From the NCBI GenBank assembly GCA_963703225.1, contig OY969801.1, positions 1,440,001-1,504,000 on the forward strand: 64,000 nucleotides of DNA, given 5' to 3'. A program made the translations under genes and the position numbers. The notes under the pieces were generated by a model. That model worked only from the letters and a program-made list of their open reading frames with translations. It ran no database searches and had not been told where the DNA came from. Within the stretch, counting starts at the first letter, position 1. Every line of letters begins with the position of its first letter. Shown in pieces: positions 36,769-46,845 of the stretch. This DNA is from Candidatus Eiseniibacteriota bacterium (GTDB taxonomy: Bacteria > Eisenbacteria > RBG-16-71-46 > SZUA-252).

Positions 36769-37797
36769 CTAGGGGAGGAGGACGATGCGGTCGCGGACTC
36801 GCTCCGACCCTACGGTCCCGAGAAGCTCGTAGTAGCCAGGGGCGACCGGCTTCCCCTCACGCCCCATCCGGGCCCACGTGATCTCGTTCGTCCCCGGTGG
36901 GTAGGTCGCGTCCGCCAGCGTGGCGATCCAATGGCCGTTCATATCGAACAGGCGCACGGAAACCGCCTGAGCGCTGGTACCTGCGACGTTGATGGCCAAT
37001 CGAATCGAGCCGCTGGCCGGGTTCGGGTAGGCGCGGATCGTTGATCCCGCTGGCCCGGCTGACGGCGGAGGGACGGGGATCCCCGGAGTCGTTACCGTCA
37101 CCGCCGACGTGGCCGGTCCTTCGCACGCGGCCCCCATCCAGGCGGCGCGATAGCGGTAGGTCGTCCCGGGCGCGACCGACGTGTCCAGATGGGATGTTTG
37201 ACCGAGAGACACATTGCGAAGCAGCGTCCAGGAGCCCGTCGCCCCCACGGAGCGGTAGAGATTGAGCGACACGGCGAGCGGATCCCCCGTCGATGCCCAT
37301 GAGACGAGCACCTGACCCGTGTCGGCCACGGCGTCGAACTGCCCGGGCGCGGAGGAGGGTGCGTTGCACGATTGTGTCGTACCCGGCGCGACGTTGGAGA
37401 AGCCCGAGATGTTCGGCACTTCGTCCAGCGCGCGGAGGACGAAATAGTACGTGGTTCCCTGCGTGAGCCCGGTCACTTTCGTGGAGTCGGTGGCGAAGGC
37501 CGAGGCGAGCGGAGGTCCCAGGGTGATCCTCTGCGTCGCGGGGTCGTTCCACCACGAGGTCGGGTCCGAGCCAACGGGCGTCGTGCTGTAGCGCAGCTGA
37601 TAGGCGCTCACCTGCCCGACGTCGCCATCGTCCCCGGGAGCGGTCCAGAGGAGCGTGAGGCTATTGTAGGGATTGGACTGCGCCGCGGCAGAGGCCGCCA
37701 CGCACAGGCCCAGAGCGCACGACAGAACCAAGCGGCCGAGGGCCGTCCACCCTCCACGGATCCTTCTGGTTGCTGCCGGGACCGCTCTCATTCCCAT
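36769..37797 (-). CDS. Secreted protein: strand-A-less WTAPGDDG FN3 + FN3 + T9SS/FlgD-like CTD (paralog of 32999..33976)
   Basis: Signal ending AAA then QSNPYNSLTLLWTAPGDDG; AYPNP...LFDMNG...W...APGYY. Confidence 0.8.
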   Translation of the reverse strand: MGMRAVPAATRRIRGGWTALGRLVLSCALGLCVAASAAAQSNPYNSLTLLWTAPGDDGDVGQVSAYQLRYSTTPVGSDPTSWWNDPATQRITLGPPLASAFATDSTKVTGLTQGTTYYFVLRALDEVPNISGFSNVAPGTTQSCNAPSSAPGQFDAVADTGQVLVSWASTGDPLAVSLNLYRSVGATGSWTLLRNVSLGQTSHLDTSVAPGTTYRYRAAWMGAACEGPATSAVTVTTPGIPVPPPSAGPAGSTIRAYPNPASGSIRLAINVAGTSAQAVSVRLFDMNGHWIATLADATYPPGTNEITWARMGREGKPVAPGYYELLGTVGSERVRDRIVLLP

Positions 37798-38407
37798 GTT
37801 TGGCTCCGATACAGGATGCTTGACAGAGGATGGGTCCGATCGACAACCCCTCCCGAGTCCGGTGGCACTTGCGCCAGCGTCTATCGCGAGGCCGCCGGAT
37901 GAGTTCTGATAGGTATCGGCGATTCCGCGAAGCAGTATGACGAAAAACTTCCTCCAGGGCCACCCCGCTCCGCGCTCCCAACGCGATGGGCGGCGCCGTC
38001 GAGGCGTAACGTTCGTGTTCCTATGTGAATACTCTCCAATGTTCTCCTTGTACCTGAATGATCGCCCGTGAACGATCGGCGAATTCCCAGGGTGACCTGG
38101 CATAGCGCAAGATCTGGATCGGAGGAACGAGGCTGGGAGCATCCACAGGGGCCACGGGAAATCGCCAGGTCATTCCTTCCATTGATGATGGACGCAATTC
38201 GTTCCATGGAGGAAACGAGTTGTCTGGACGATTCCCAGTCCTCAGGTACAATTCGTGCTAGTTACTGGGTCCGTATCGAGTCGGGCGGGGATTTTGCGGC
38301 ACTTCTGACGAATCGAACGACCCTCGGGCCACGTCGGTGTCGGGATCCGCGGGGGTTCCACTGCTATTTGAGACCCACATTCGCTTCTCACCATTTAGGA
38401 GCGCTAC

Positions 38408-40211
38408 ATGACTCGACTTCGCCTCGCTGTGGCTGCGCTGGGGCTTCTGTGGCTATGGCCATCGGCGGTTCTCGCGCAGGTCGGAGAGCTGGTGCACGAC
38501 GGCCCGCCGACGCCCGAGCAGATCTCGATGTACCTGCCGGTGACGGGCTCCCTGACGGCGACCGTTGCCACGGTGAGGTATCGGCAGACAGCGCTGTCGT
38601 CCTGGACGACCGCCCACCCGCTCTTTCGAATCCGGCCCAGCTACACCCCCGCGACGGTCGCCGACGCTTTCGCCGGGGTGATCACGGGTTTGATGCCGGG
38701 CACCGACTACACCGTGGAGGTCACAATTCCGGTGGGGGCCTCGTCCATCGTGAAGACGCTGGCCGCAACGACGCGGCCGCTCCCCAGTCCCGCCGGGACT
38801 CCCAACAAGACCATCGCCGCCGGATCGACGAGCGCCCAGATCCAGGCGGCGTTCGACGGACTCAATCCCGGCGACGTTCTGCAATTTGCCAACGGCACGT
38901 ATGACATCAACGGCCTCAGCCTCGACCGAGAGCGGCACCGACACGCAGCCGATCTACATCCGGGGCGCGAGCCGAGCCGGGGTGGTCCTGCGCGAGCCTT
39001 CGGGGCACATTATCCACCTGCTGAACGCTTCGAACGTCGTTTTCGAGGACCTCACCCTCCAGGGCCCGGCAGTCGACTCGGGCACAACCTCCAGCTCGGA
39101 AGGGTTTCGGTTCTGGGACGGGGATCCGCACCGGAGGGTCACGATCCGGCGGGTCACGGCGCGCGGCGTGGACAAAGGGGTCGTCTCCGACGCGGGGCTT
39201 CAGGAAATACTCGTGTACGACTGCACCTTCGCCGGCAACAACGTCTGGACGCAGCCGTTCTTGGATTCCAACATCTCCTGGAATGACGACGGCATCCGAG
39301 TTCCGGGCCAAGGGAATGCCGTGTTCAACAACACGCTCTCCGGCTTTGGAGATTCGTTCGCCATCAACGACGGCGTGCTCAACGCCGGCGTGCATTTTTA
39401 TCGCAACGACGTCCGGTGGACCGACGACGACGCGTTCGAGGGAGACTACGGTTATCGAAACATCACCTTCTACGACAACCGTATTGAGAACTCCATGACC
39501 CTCGTTTCGTTCGACCCGTTGAACGGCGGGCCGGCGTTCGTCTTTCGGAACTTCGCGATCAATACCGGGCGCAGCCCGTACAAGTTCAACAACACGAACA
39601 GCGGACAATTCATCTACAACAACACGGTGGTGCGGACCAACGGCACCGGGAACGGCAGCGGCGGACCCTGGGGATGGGTGCAGTTCAACAACGGAGACCA
39701 GCGCGCCTGGGGCTACCGGAACAACATCCTCGTCTACCAGGGGACCGGAAACGTATTGGTGATGGAAGCGGGCGGGAACAATCCGATCGACTTCACCAAC
39801 AACGCCTGGTATCCCAACAACGAGGTCTGGTGGAGCAATAGCGGTGGCTCTTTCACGTCGATGGCGGACGCGCGTGCGAACCTCCCCTCGACGACCCCCG
39901 TGTTCAGCACCAGCACCCAGCGGCACCAAAACGACGTGATCAGCGACGCGGACCCGTTCATCGTGAGCATCTCGTTGGGCAGCACGTACCTGAATCAGGT
40001 AACCACTTTGTATTCTCCATTTCTCGCCGCGGGCACCTCCCCGCGAGGAGCTGGCGTAGCAATCCCTGGCATCACGGATGGCTTCGGCGGCTCGGCGCCC
40101 GATATGGGGGCGATGATCACGGGCATTCCGGCCCCGACGTGGGGAGACCGCGGCGCCGGTCCGGCTGACAATGTGCCGCCGCTACCACCGACGAACCTCA
40201 TCGCGCGATGA
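38408..40211 (+). CDS. Secreted FN3-like + right-handed beta-helix protein (polysaccharide lyase-like); frameshift near 38930
   Basis: RBS AGGAG, signal peptide, GLMPGTDY, LNPGDVLQFANGTY, Asn-rich beta-helix coils, APDMGA; tail DNVPPLPPTNLIAR. Confidence 0.75.
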
Positions 40212-40262
40212 CGAGCCGAAGGCTCGCGACGCAGTGAACTGACGAACCCGGGAGCCACGACG

Positions 40263-41408
40263 ATGACAGCATGCTCGGAGCGGAACCATCAGGGGGTTGT
40301 GGCCTTCGGACTCCTTTGCCGGGGGGCGGCGCGCCGATGGGCCCTCGGTTCGATGTTCGTGCTCTTCGTACCTCTCGCGTCGCATGCCTCCACGCTTTCC
40401 GACGCCGCGGCGGCGCTGCAGCCCGGACATTACGTGGCAATCAGCACGGGGCTCACGGGGGACGTCGACCTCAATCCAGACCCCAACGCGCCGAACTCGA
40501 TGCTCGATTACTCGGACAGCGGCGCCTGGGACCCGGTCCGCCACAAGTTTTCCTTCATCGGCAAGGAGGCCGGCTGCGGCAGTCCACTCCGGAACATCGT
40601 CTACGACGAGGCTTCCAATTCATGGAGCTATGGTTCCCTCCCGCCGTTCAACGGCTGCGGGCACGGCTACGATCAGAACGCCAGCGATCCGGTCACCGGC
40701 ACCCACTATTTCCGGCCCTACGACTCTCAGGTCTACAAGGAGACTGGTTCGGGCTGGACCCAACTGGCAAGCCTGCCCCAGCCCAACAGCATCGTCGGCG
40801 GTCTCGCGAAATCCCCGTACGGACTCTTGTATTCGGACTTTGTTTGGGACGCGTACTACGACGACGCGACGGGACAGCAGAGCACGGTGGACTTTGACAA
40901 TACGTATCCAGGCTGGCCGAACCTCGGCGGGTATCACAGCATTGCCGAGTATGATCCGGTCCACAACGTCTTCCTGATCGGCGGCGGGAACGACAGTCAG
41001 ATCATGTACAAGGTTACGATCGTCAGCGGTCGCCCGGTTCGGACGCGGCTCAACGACGCGCCGTTCACGATCGGCGTCGGCGAGGGCGACCAACACACGA
41101 ACGTGACCGCCGACCCCGTGACGGGAGAGTTCATCATCTACCGCCGGTCGACGGGTACCTTTTACGGCTACAACATCATGACCGACACCTGGCGAACGCT
41201 GGGTACATCGGGCGACGGTCGCATGCCCCCCATCCCCTCCACCAGCGGCGGCACCAGCGCCGTGGCCGCGCCGATCAATTCCTACGGCGTCATCATGTAC
41301 ATAGGCCAGAATGGCTCGCAGGCTTCGGTCTATCTCTACAAGCACGCGACCGCGGGTCCGCCGGACCTCACGCCCCCCAATCGTCCGGCCCAGCTGATCG
41401 CGCGCTAG
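40263..41408 (+). CDS. Secreted beta-propeller (Kelch-like) protein; start may be downstream
   Basis: Signal ending SHA; repeated WDP/YDE..NSW/YDP..N..LIGG/YN..TDTW blades; tail DLTPPNRPAQLIAR. Confidence 0.65.
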   Translation: MTACSERNHQGVVAFGLLCRGAARRWALGSMFVLFVPLASHASTLSDAAAALQPGHYVAISTGLTGDVDLNPDPNAPNSMLDYSDSGAWDPVRHKFSFIGKEAGCGSPLRNIVYDEASNSWSYGSLPPFNGCGHGYDQNASDPVTGTHYFRPYDSQVYKETGSGWTQLASLPQPNSIVGGLAKSPYGLLYSDFVWDAYYDDATGQQSTVDFDNTYPGWPNLGGYHSIAEYDPVHNVFLIGGGNDSQIMYKVTIVSGRPVRTRLNDAPFTIGVGEGDQHTNVTADPVTGEFIIYRRSTGTFYGYNIMTDTWRTLGTSGDGRMPPIPSTSGGTSAVAAPINSYGVIMYIGQNGSQASVYLYKHATAGPPDLTPPNRPAQLIAR

Positions 41409-41419
41409 ACGCGGCGCGG

Positions 41420-42640
41420 CTAGTTCAGGCGCTCGACCGACCGCGCGGGAAGGAACCGCGTCGCGCGGTGGACCACGCGCTCGACGTATCTCCAGAAACT
41501 CTTGGGCCACTCGAGCATCGAGGGCGTCGGGTCATCCCAGGCCCACAGGGCGAACGTCTTTCGCCGAGAGAGGAACTGGAGCAGCTCCCTCCCTCCCCCC
41601 GGCTGGCCCAGGGACCCCACCAGAGAGGGAAAGTCGTTCTCGAAGTCCACCCACATGCGGCCCGGCCCCGAGGTCTGGATCGATGGCGGGATGGCGTCGT
41701 CGCTGGTCTGGTATCGATAGGCGATGTAGGGAAAGTCCACGCCGTTCACGATGCAGCATAGGATGTAGAAATCGAACCGTCCGATGGTCGGCTCGATCAC
41801 GAACCGCCGCCCCGTGTCGTCCTCCTTGATCTCGAGCGAGGCCGGGCCACAGACGGGGACGTTCCTGAAAAACCGGAGCGCCTCTTCCGCGATGTCGGGG
41901 CGATTCGCCGGCTCCGCGCTGCAGGCCCCTCCGAGGTTTCTCGGGTACGAACGCACCTTCCGGCCCACAAACGTGGCGATGGGGCGGTGCGCGCGGTCGA
42001 AATAGAAATTGGCGAAATAGATGCTCGGCTCCATCCCCGTGACCCATTCTTGAAGTAGGAATTGATGGACGGTCTTCTCAAAGCGCTCGAGGTGCCGAAC
42101 GAGGTCCCCCTCTCCCGAGACCTTCATGGCCTTGAAGCCGGAGAGAGGCTTGGTCGGCTTCACGGCCATCGGGTAGCGCAGCTCCCCTCGGACGCGGTCC
42201 AGATCGGCGACTCCCGAGACCAACCATGAGCGTGGGTAGTTGAGCCCGCTCGAGGTCGCGATCGACTCGATGTGCTCCTTGTCGAGGAGTCTGCGAACGA
42301 CGCCGGGGTCGGGCCAATGGAGGCGATAGAGAGAGCGAATTTCATCGAGGGAGCCGGCGACGGTTCGCACCATGTTGTCGTTTGTCAGGAACAGCACGGG
42401 ATTGTCGTCGAACCGGCGGCGGTATTCGACCAAGTCCGCGATCAGTGCCGGGCCGTTGATGTTGGTGGCCGGCAGGACCGTGGCGTACCTGGACCGAATG
42501 GCCGGCAGGTTGGGATTGCTCTCGAGGGAGAGCACGGGAATACCTCTCCGCCCGAGCGACCGCGCGATCGCAAGCCCATGGCTGCACATTCCAACGACGA
42601 CGACGGGAGCGATGGCTTGGGATGAAGCGTTGCGTGGCAC
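41420..42640 (-). CDS. ATP-grasp carboxylate-amine ligase (D-aspartate ligase-like)
   Basis: GLAIARSLGRRGIPV, LLDK, P.AVKP, LLQEWVTG, EIKED....IE...GR. Confidence 0.75.
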   Translation of the reverse strand: MPRNASSQAIAPVVVVGMCSHGLAIARSLGRRGIPVLSLESNPNLPAIRSRYATVLPATNINGPALIADLVEYRRRFDDNPVLFLTNDNMVRTVAGSLDEIRSLYRLHWPDPGVVRRLLDKEHIESIATSSGLNYPRSWLVSGVADLDRVRGELRYPMAVKPTKPLSGFKAMKVSGEGDLVRHLERFEKTVHQFLLQEWVTGMEPSIYFANFYFDRAHRPIATFVGRKVRSYPRNLGGACSAEPANRPDIAEEALRFFRNVPVCGPASLEIKEDDTGRRFVIEPTIGRFDFYILCCIVNGVDFPYIAYRYQTSDDAIPPSIQTSGPGRMWVDFENDFPSLVGSLGQPGGGRELLQFLSRRKTFALWAWDDPTPSMLEWPKSFWRYVERVVHRATRFLPARSVERLN

Positions 42641-42692
42641 GCCTTAGAAGATACGCCAGCTGCCTCCGGCGAGCAAATCGGCTCGCTCGCGG

Positions 42693-43937
42693 TCAGTCAC
42701 GCGCGAGGGAGTCGAGGAGCGCCGCCAGCTCACCGGCCCTGGAACGACGCGAGTGTCGCCGAATTTCTTCGGGAGACGCCAAGGGAGCGGTGCCCCTGCG
42801 AAGGGCGTCGAGGAATCGGCGCAGGCCCTCGGCGATCTGATGCTGCGAGTCGAGAGGGACGACGGTGTCGACGCCGGCCCCGGTGAGCACTCGCGCGGAG
42901 TCTCCCGCGGCGTCGGTCATGGCGAAAATGGGCCGTCGAGCGCGCAAGTACTCGTAGATCTTGGCCGGCACCTGGTGATTGCAGTTGGAGGCCTGGAACA
43001 AGAGCAGCCCGTCGGCCGCCAGCATCTCCGCGAGCGCCGCGCGGTAGCCGACGGCGGGCTCGAGGCGGATGATGTCGCCGATGCCCTGCCCCTCGAGCAT
43101 GGGACGGTATTCGTCATCAAACCCGGATGCTCGGAGAACGATCTGAAGTGTGGCCGCCGATATCGCCCCCTCTCGCCGCAGGGCAGCCACCGCGGCAAAG
43201 AAGGCTCGCGGATCGCGCTCCGAGGGATAGAGGAGACCGCTGTGGACCAGGACGGTCGGCGAGCCCCGGGCTGGGCGGTCCGACGCCCCCTGCTCCACCT
43301 CGAGGAAGCGCTCCTCGTCATAGCCGTTCGGGATGACCGCCCACCGGGTCGCCGGAATATGAGGGTAACGATCCGCGTACATGCGGAGCGCGCCGGGGGT
43401 CGTGAAGACCGCGCGGGCCGCCTGAGCCACCGTACGCCGCTCGATCCCACGATAGACACCGCGCACGGTCGGATCGGGTGGATAGTGAGGCTCGGTCATG
43501 GAATCCCGAAAGTCGGCGACCCAGGGAATGCCCGTGATCGAGTGCAGCCCCAGGCCGATCAAGTGCGCCGTCGCGATCGGATAGGTGGACCAGAGGAGCT
43601 GGGGGCGATACCGGCGCACGATCCCGAGCCCGGTGGGAATGGCGCCCAGGCACCAGCTCGACCACCGGTCAGGGAGCGCGAGAAACTTGGGATAGGCGCC
43701 GCGCAGCGCCAGGTGCCGCGAAGCATCCAGCGCAAAGGCTCGGTGGACCGGTATGTCGTCGGGGATATCCCCCAGCAAGTCGTCGCCCTTGTCCGGATAC
43801 GCGCGTGGATGCGCGGTCAGGACGATCGGCTGCCAGCCGTGCTCGCGCAGATCTCTCGAAAACGTCAGCGTCCGCTGAATTCCGCTGCTCCCCCGGAGGG
43901 GCGGATAGTGGAAGGCGATCATGAGGACCCGCTTCAT
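42693..43937 (-). CDS. Glycosyltransferase family 4
   Basis: FHYPP..SSGIQR, PDRWSSW, WVADFRD, IPNGYD, PAKIYEY. Confidence 0.85.
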   Translation of the reverse strand: MKRVLMIAFHYPPLRGSSGIQRTLTFSRDLREHGWQPIVLTAHPRAYPDKGDDLLGDIPDDIPVHRAFALDASRHLALRGAYPKFLALPDRWSSWCLGAIPTGLGIVRRYRPQLLWSTYPIATAHLIGLGLHSITGIPWVADFRDSMTEPHYPPDPTVRGVYRGIERRTVAQAARAVFTTPGALRMYADRYPHIPATRWAVIPNGYDEERFLEVEQGASDRPARGSPTVLVHSGLLYPSERDPRAFFAAVAALRREGAISAATLQIVLRASGFDDEYRPMLEGQGIGDIIRLEPAVGYRAALAEMLAADGLLLFQASNCNHQVPAKIYEYLRARRPIFAMTDAAGDSARVLTGAGVDTVVPLDSQHQIAEGLRRFLDALRRGTAPLASPEEIRRHSRRSRAGELAALLDSLARD

Positions 43938-43965
43938 CTCGTCGCCTGCACGGCACGCCCGGGTG

Positions 43966-45270
43966 TCAGGGCACGTCCTGGAGGGCGTCCTCGTACGTCC
44001 CGCGTCGCCGCGCGAGGATCGCCTTCCCGCCGCCCACGAGGACCTCTGCCGGCGTCGGCTGACTCAGGAAGCCGAGCGGGCTGGCCGTCCGGGCGTAGGC
44101 ACCGGATTGGAAAATCCCGAACAGGTCGCCGACCTTGGCGTTCGGCAGCGCGACGTCTCGCGCGATGACATCAAGGGGCGTGCAGAGCGGACCGACGACG
44201 TCGACCGTCCCGCCCACGGGCTCGTCCAATCGGTTCACGATCGCGGATGGGAAGTTTCGCTTGATCACTTGCCCGAGGTTGCCCGACGCCGCCAGATGGT
44301 GGTTCATCCCACCGTCCACGATCAGAAATGTCTTGCCTCTTGACTCCTTGATGTCATTGATGCGCGTCACATAGATCCCTGCTTCACCAACCAGGTACCT
44401 GCCTGGCTCGATCAAGAGCTGGGTCCCCCGGAAGCGCGCGTCCGCGCGAATCTCGGCCGCCAAGGGTGCCAGGGACGTCCGGAGAGCGTCCATGGGGAGT
44501 GGCGCCTCGTTTGGAAAGTAGGGAATCCCGAGCCCGCCGCCGAAATCAACGGTTCGGAGCGGGCTCCCGATTCGGTCCGCGACACGGCGGGCGATCTCGA
44601 TGCCTCTCCGGTACTGGGCCACGAGAACGTCCGGCTCCAAGATTTGGGTCCCCGTGAACAGGTGGATCCCCTGAAATTGGATATGCGGGTTATCGATGAG
44701 CTGGTCCAAGACGACGTCGAGGCGCTCCTCGTCGACGCCGAATGGGGCTGGCTTCCCCCCCATCCGCATGGCGCCGCCCTGGACGTCGGCCCCGGGGTTC
44801 ACCCGGAGGGCCACGCGCGCGCGGACGCCGAGCCGTTGGCTGATCGCGGCGACACGGCTCGATTCGAGTTGGGACTCGACGTGAATCTCGCCGATGCCCC
44901 GGCCCAGGACGAATTCGAGCTCGGCCTCGGTCTTCCCCGGACCCGCGAACAGGATCCGCTCGGATGGGCATCCGGCGCGAAGCGCCTGGTGGAATTCCCC
45001 GGCCGATGCAATCTCGAGCCCAAGGCCCAAGCCTACGAAGTGGCGGAGTATGGCGGGACACGGGTTCGCCTTGACGGAATAGCTGATCGCGAATTCCTTG
45101 GGAAATGTCCCGCGGAGCAAAGCGAGCTGCCTGTCCAGCACCGCCGCGTCGTACACGAAGAGCGGCGTTCCGTGGGCCTCCACCAGGGTGCGCACGGGGA
45201 TCCCGCCGATCTGGAGCTCCCCGCCGGCCGCGCGAAAGTGGCGCGCGAGGAGATCCCGGACATGATCCAT
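43966..45270 (-). CDS. PLP-dependent decarboxylase (LysA-like), exosortase A-associated type
   Basis: GTPLFVYD, YSVKANP, AGPGK, DFGGGLGIPY, EPGRYLV, GPLCTPLD, GAY. Confidence 0.85.
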   Translation of the reverse strand: MDHVRDLLARHFRAAGGELQIGGIPVRTLVEAHGTPLFVYDAAVLDRQLALLRGTFPKEFAISYSVKANPCPAILRHFVGLGLGLEIASAGEFHQALRAGCPSERILFAGPGKTEAELEFVLGRGIGEIHVESQLESSRVAAISQRLGVRARVALRVNPGADVQGGAMRMGGKPAPFGVDEERLDVVLDQLIDNPHIQFQGIHLFTGTQILEPDVLVAQYRRGIEIARRVADRIGSPLRTVDFGGGLGIPYFPNEAPLPMDALRTSLAPLAAEIRADARFRGTQLLIEPGRYLVGEAGIYVTRINDIKESRGKTFLIVDGGMNHHLAASGNLGQVIKRNFPSAIVNRLDEPVGGTVDVVGPLCTPLDVIARDVALPNAKVGDLFGIFQSGAYARTASPLGFLSQPTPAEVLVGGGKAILARRRGTYEDALQDVP

Positions 45271-45272
45271 CT

Positions 45273-46844
45273 TCAAAGCCCCTCGCGGCGCCGAAGGGCG
45301 GGATAGTCCACTTTGCCGCTGCTGGTCTTGGGCAGGTGGTCGAGGGCTTCGATCGACTTGGGGATCATGTATGGAGGCATCTTCTCCGCGCAGAACGCTC
45401 GAAGGGCTTCTAGATCCAGCGCGGTGCCCTCGCCGGGTACGACGAACGCGACGATGGCCTGTCCGAGCAGAGCATCGGGGACTCCGATGACGGCGGCCCC
45501 CTGCACCTTCCCGCTCTGAAAGAGAACTTCCTCGACTTCGGTGGGGCTGACCCGGAAGCCCGAGGACTTGATCATGTTGTCCCGGCGACCGACAAAGTAG
45601 AGAAATCCATCTTGGTCCGTCTGGACCAGGTCTCCCGAGTAGCAGACCTTCTCCACCTCCCCGAGGTCGGGCGGGAGGAACGGATTGGGGCGCAGAACCC
45701 GTGCGGTCAGCTCCGGCTGCGCCCAATAGCCCATCGAAACCGTCGGCCCGCGGTGCACGAGCTCTCCGATCTCGCCCGGGCCGCACCTCCGGCCGTTCTC
45801 GTCGACCACAAGAATTTCCGTGTTCGGAATCGCCTTCCCCATGGACGTCGGCCGCCGGTCCAGCTCTCCGGGCGGCAGGTAGGTCGATCGGAAGGCCTCG
45901 GTGAGGCCGTACATGAGGTAGATCTTCGTCGTGGGGAGCGCTCGCCGCAGCGTGGCCAGAACGTCCTGGGGCATGGCTCCGCCGGTGTTCGTGATGTAGC
46001 GAAGGTCGGGATAGGTGCCCTTGTGGAGGGACGAACTCGGCTGCGAGAGGAGGCTCCAGAGGGTTGGAACGCCCGCCAAGCCGGTGATTCGCTCCTCGCG
46101 GAGTGCGGTCACGATCTCACGAGCGAAGACGAACGGCTTCAGAATGATCGTCGCGCCCTGCTGGAAGGCGGTCATGATCTGGTTGAGACCGGCGTCGAAA
46201 CTGAACGGCAGCACCGCCAGGATTCGCTCCGAGGAAGTGATCTCGAGGTACGTGGAGACAATGGAGCTCCCCGCCATGACCTGCGCGTGGCTCAGCATGA
46301 CTCCCTTGGGCTTCCCCGTCGAACCCGACGTGTAGAGGATGGCCGCGAGATCTTTCTCGATTGAATCCTCGCGGGCTTCGGCCGGCTGGGGGCTTTCGCA
46401 CAGTTCCTCGAAGGGATAGATCGGAAGGCCGGTCACCGGCTCCGGAACGGGTCCTCCCACGACGAGAAACTCGAGAGAGGTCATCGTCGCGAGGACGGGC
46501 GCGATCGCCGTCAACTTGGCCGCGGTTGTGATGAGGCCTCGCATGCGGCAATCCCGCGCGATGTGGGAGACCTGGTCCGGGAAGAGGACACCGTTGATCG
46601 GAACGAAAACTCCGCCCGCGCGTGAGATGGCGAAGATGGAGAGCGCCTGCTCGACGGAGGCGTCGAGGTAGATGCCGACCCGGTCGCCCCGGTCGAGCCC
46701 CGCGCGCCGCAGGCCGCCCGCCAAGCCGCCGACCTTCCTCCAGACCTCGCCGTAGGGGAGCCGCCTCTCCCCGTGGACGAGAGCCTCCTTGTCCGGGAGC
46801 CGGTGCGCACTCGTTCGGAGCATGTGATGAATCAGAAAGTCCAC
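45273..46844 (-). CDS. Acyl-CoA ligase (AMP-forming), exosortase A-associated type
   Basis: YTSGSTGKPKGV, MYGLTEAFRSTY, SGD, GRRD.MIK.SG.RVSP, PKTSSGK. Confidence 0.88.
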   Translation of the reverse strand: MDFLIHHMLRTSAHRLPDKEALVHGERRLPYGEVWRKVGGLAGGLRRAGLDRGDRVGIYLDASVEQALSIFAISRAGGVFVPINGVLFPDQVSHIARDCRMRGLITTAAKLTAIAPVLATMTSLEFLVVGGPVPEPVTGLPIYPFEELCESPQPAEAREDSIEKDLAAILYTSGSTGKPKGVMLSHAQVMAGSSIVSTYLEITSSERILAVLPFSFDAGLNQIMTAFQQGATIILKPFVFAREIVTALREERITGLAGVPTLWSLLSQPSSSLHKGTYPDLRYITNTGGAMPQDVLATLRRALPTTKIYLMYGLTEAFRSTYLPPGELDRRPTSMGKAIPNTEILVVDENGRRCGPGEIGELVHRGPTVSMGYWAQPELTARVLRPNPFLPPDLGEVEKVCYSGDLVQTDQDGFLYFVGRRDNMIKSSGFRVSPTEVEEVLFQSGKVQGAAVIGVPDALLGQAIVAFVVPGEGTALDLEALRAFCAEKMPPYMIPKSIEALDHLPKTSSGKVDYPALRRREGL

Positions 46845-46845
46845 G

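Noticed and set aside
37798..38407. 600-nt divergent intergenic region as an ncRNA or second riboswitch
   Set aside because: I found no recognisable aptamer, correctly spaced sigma54 site or convincing ORF by eye, only a TACAAT hexamer at 38247.
43966..45786. 606-aa decarboxylase ORF with a long N-terminal extension
   Set aside because: The extension is an alternate frame of the ligase gene; the real start is ATG 45270.
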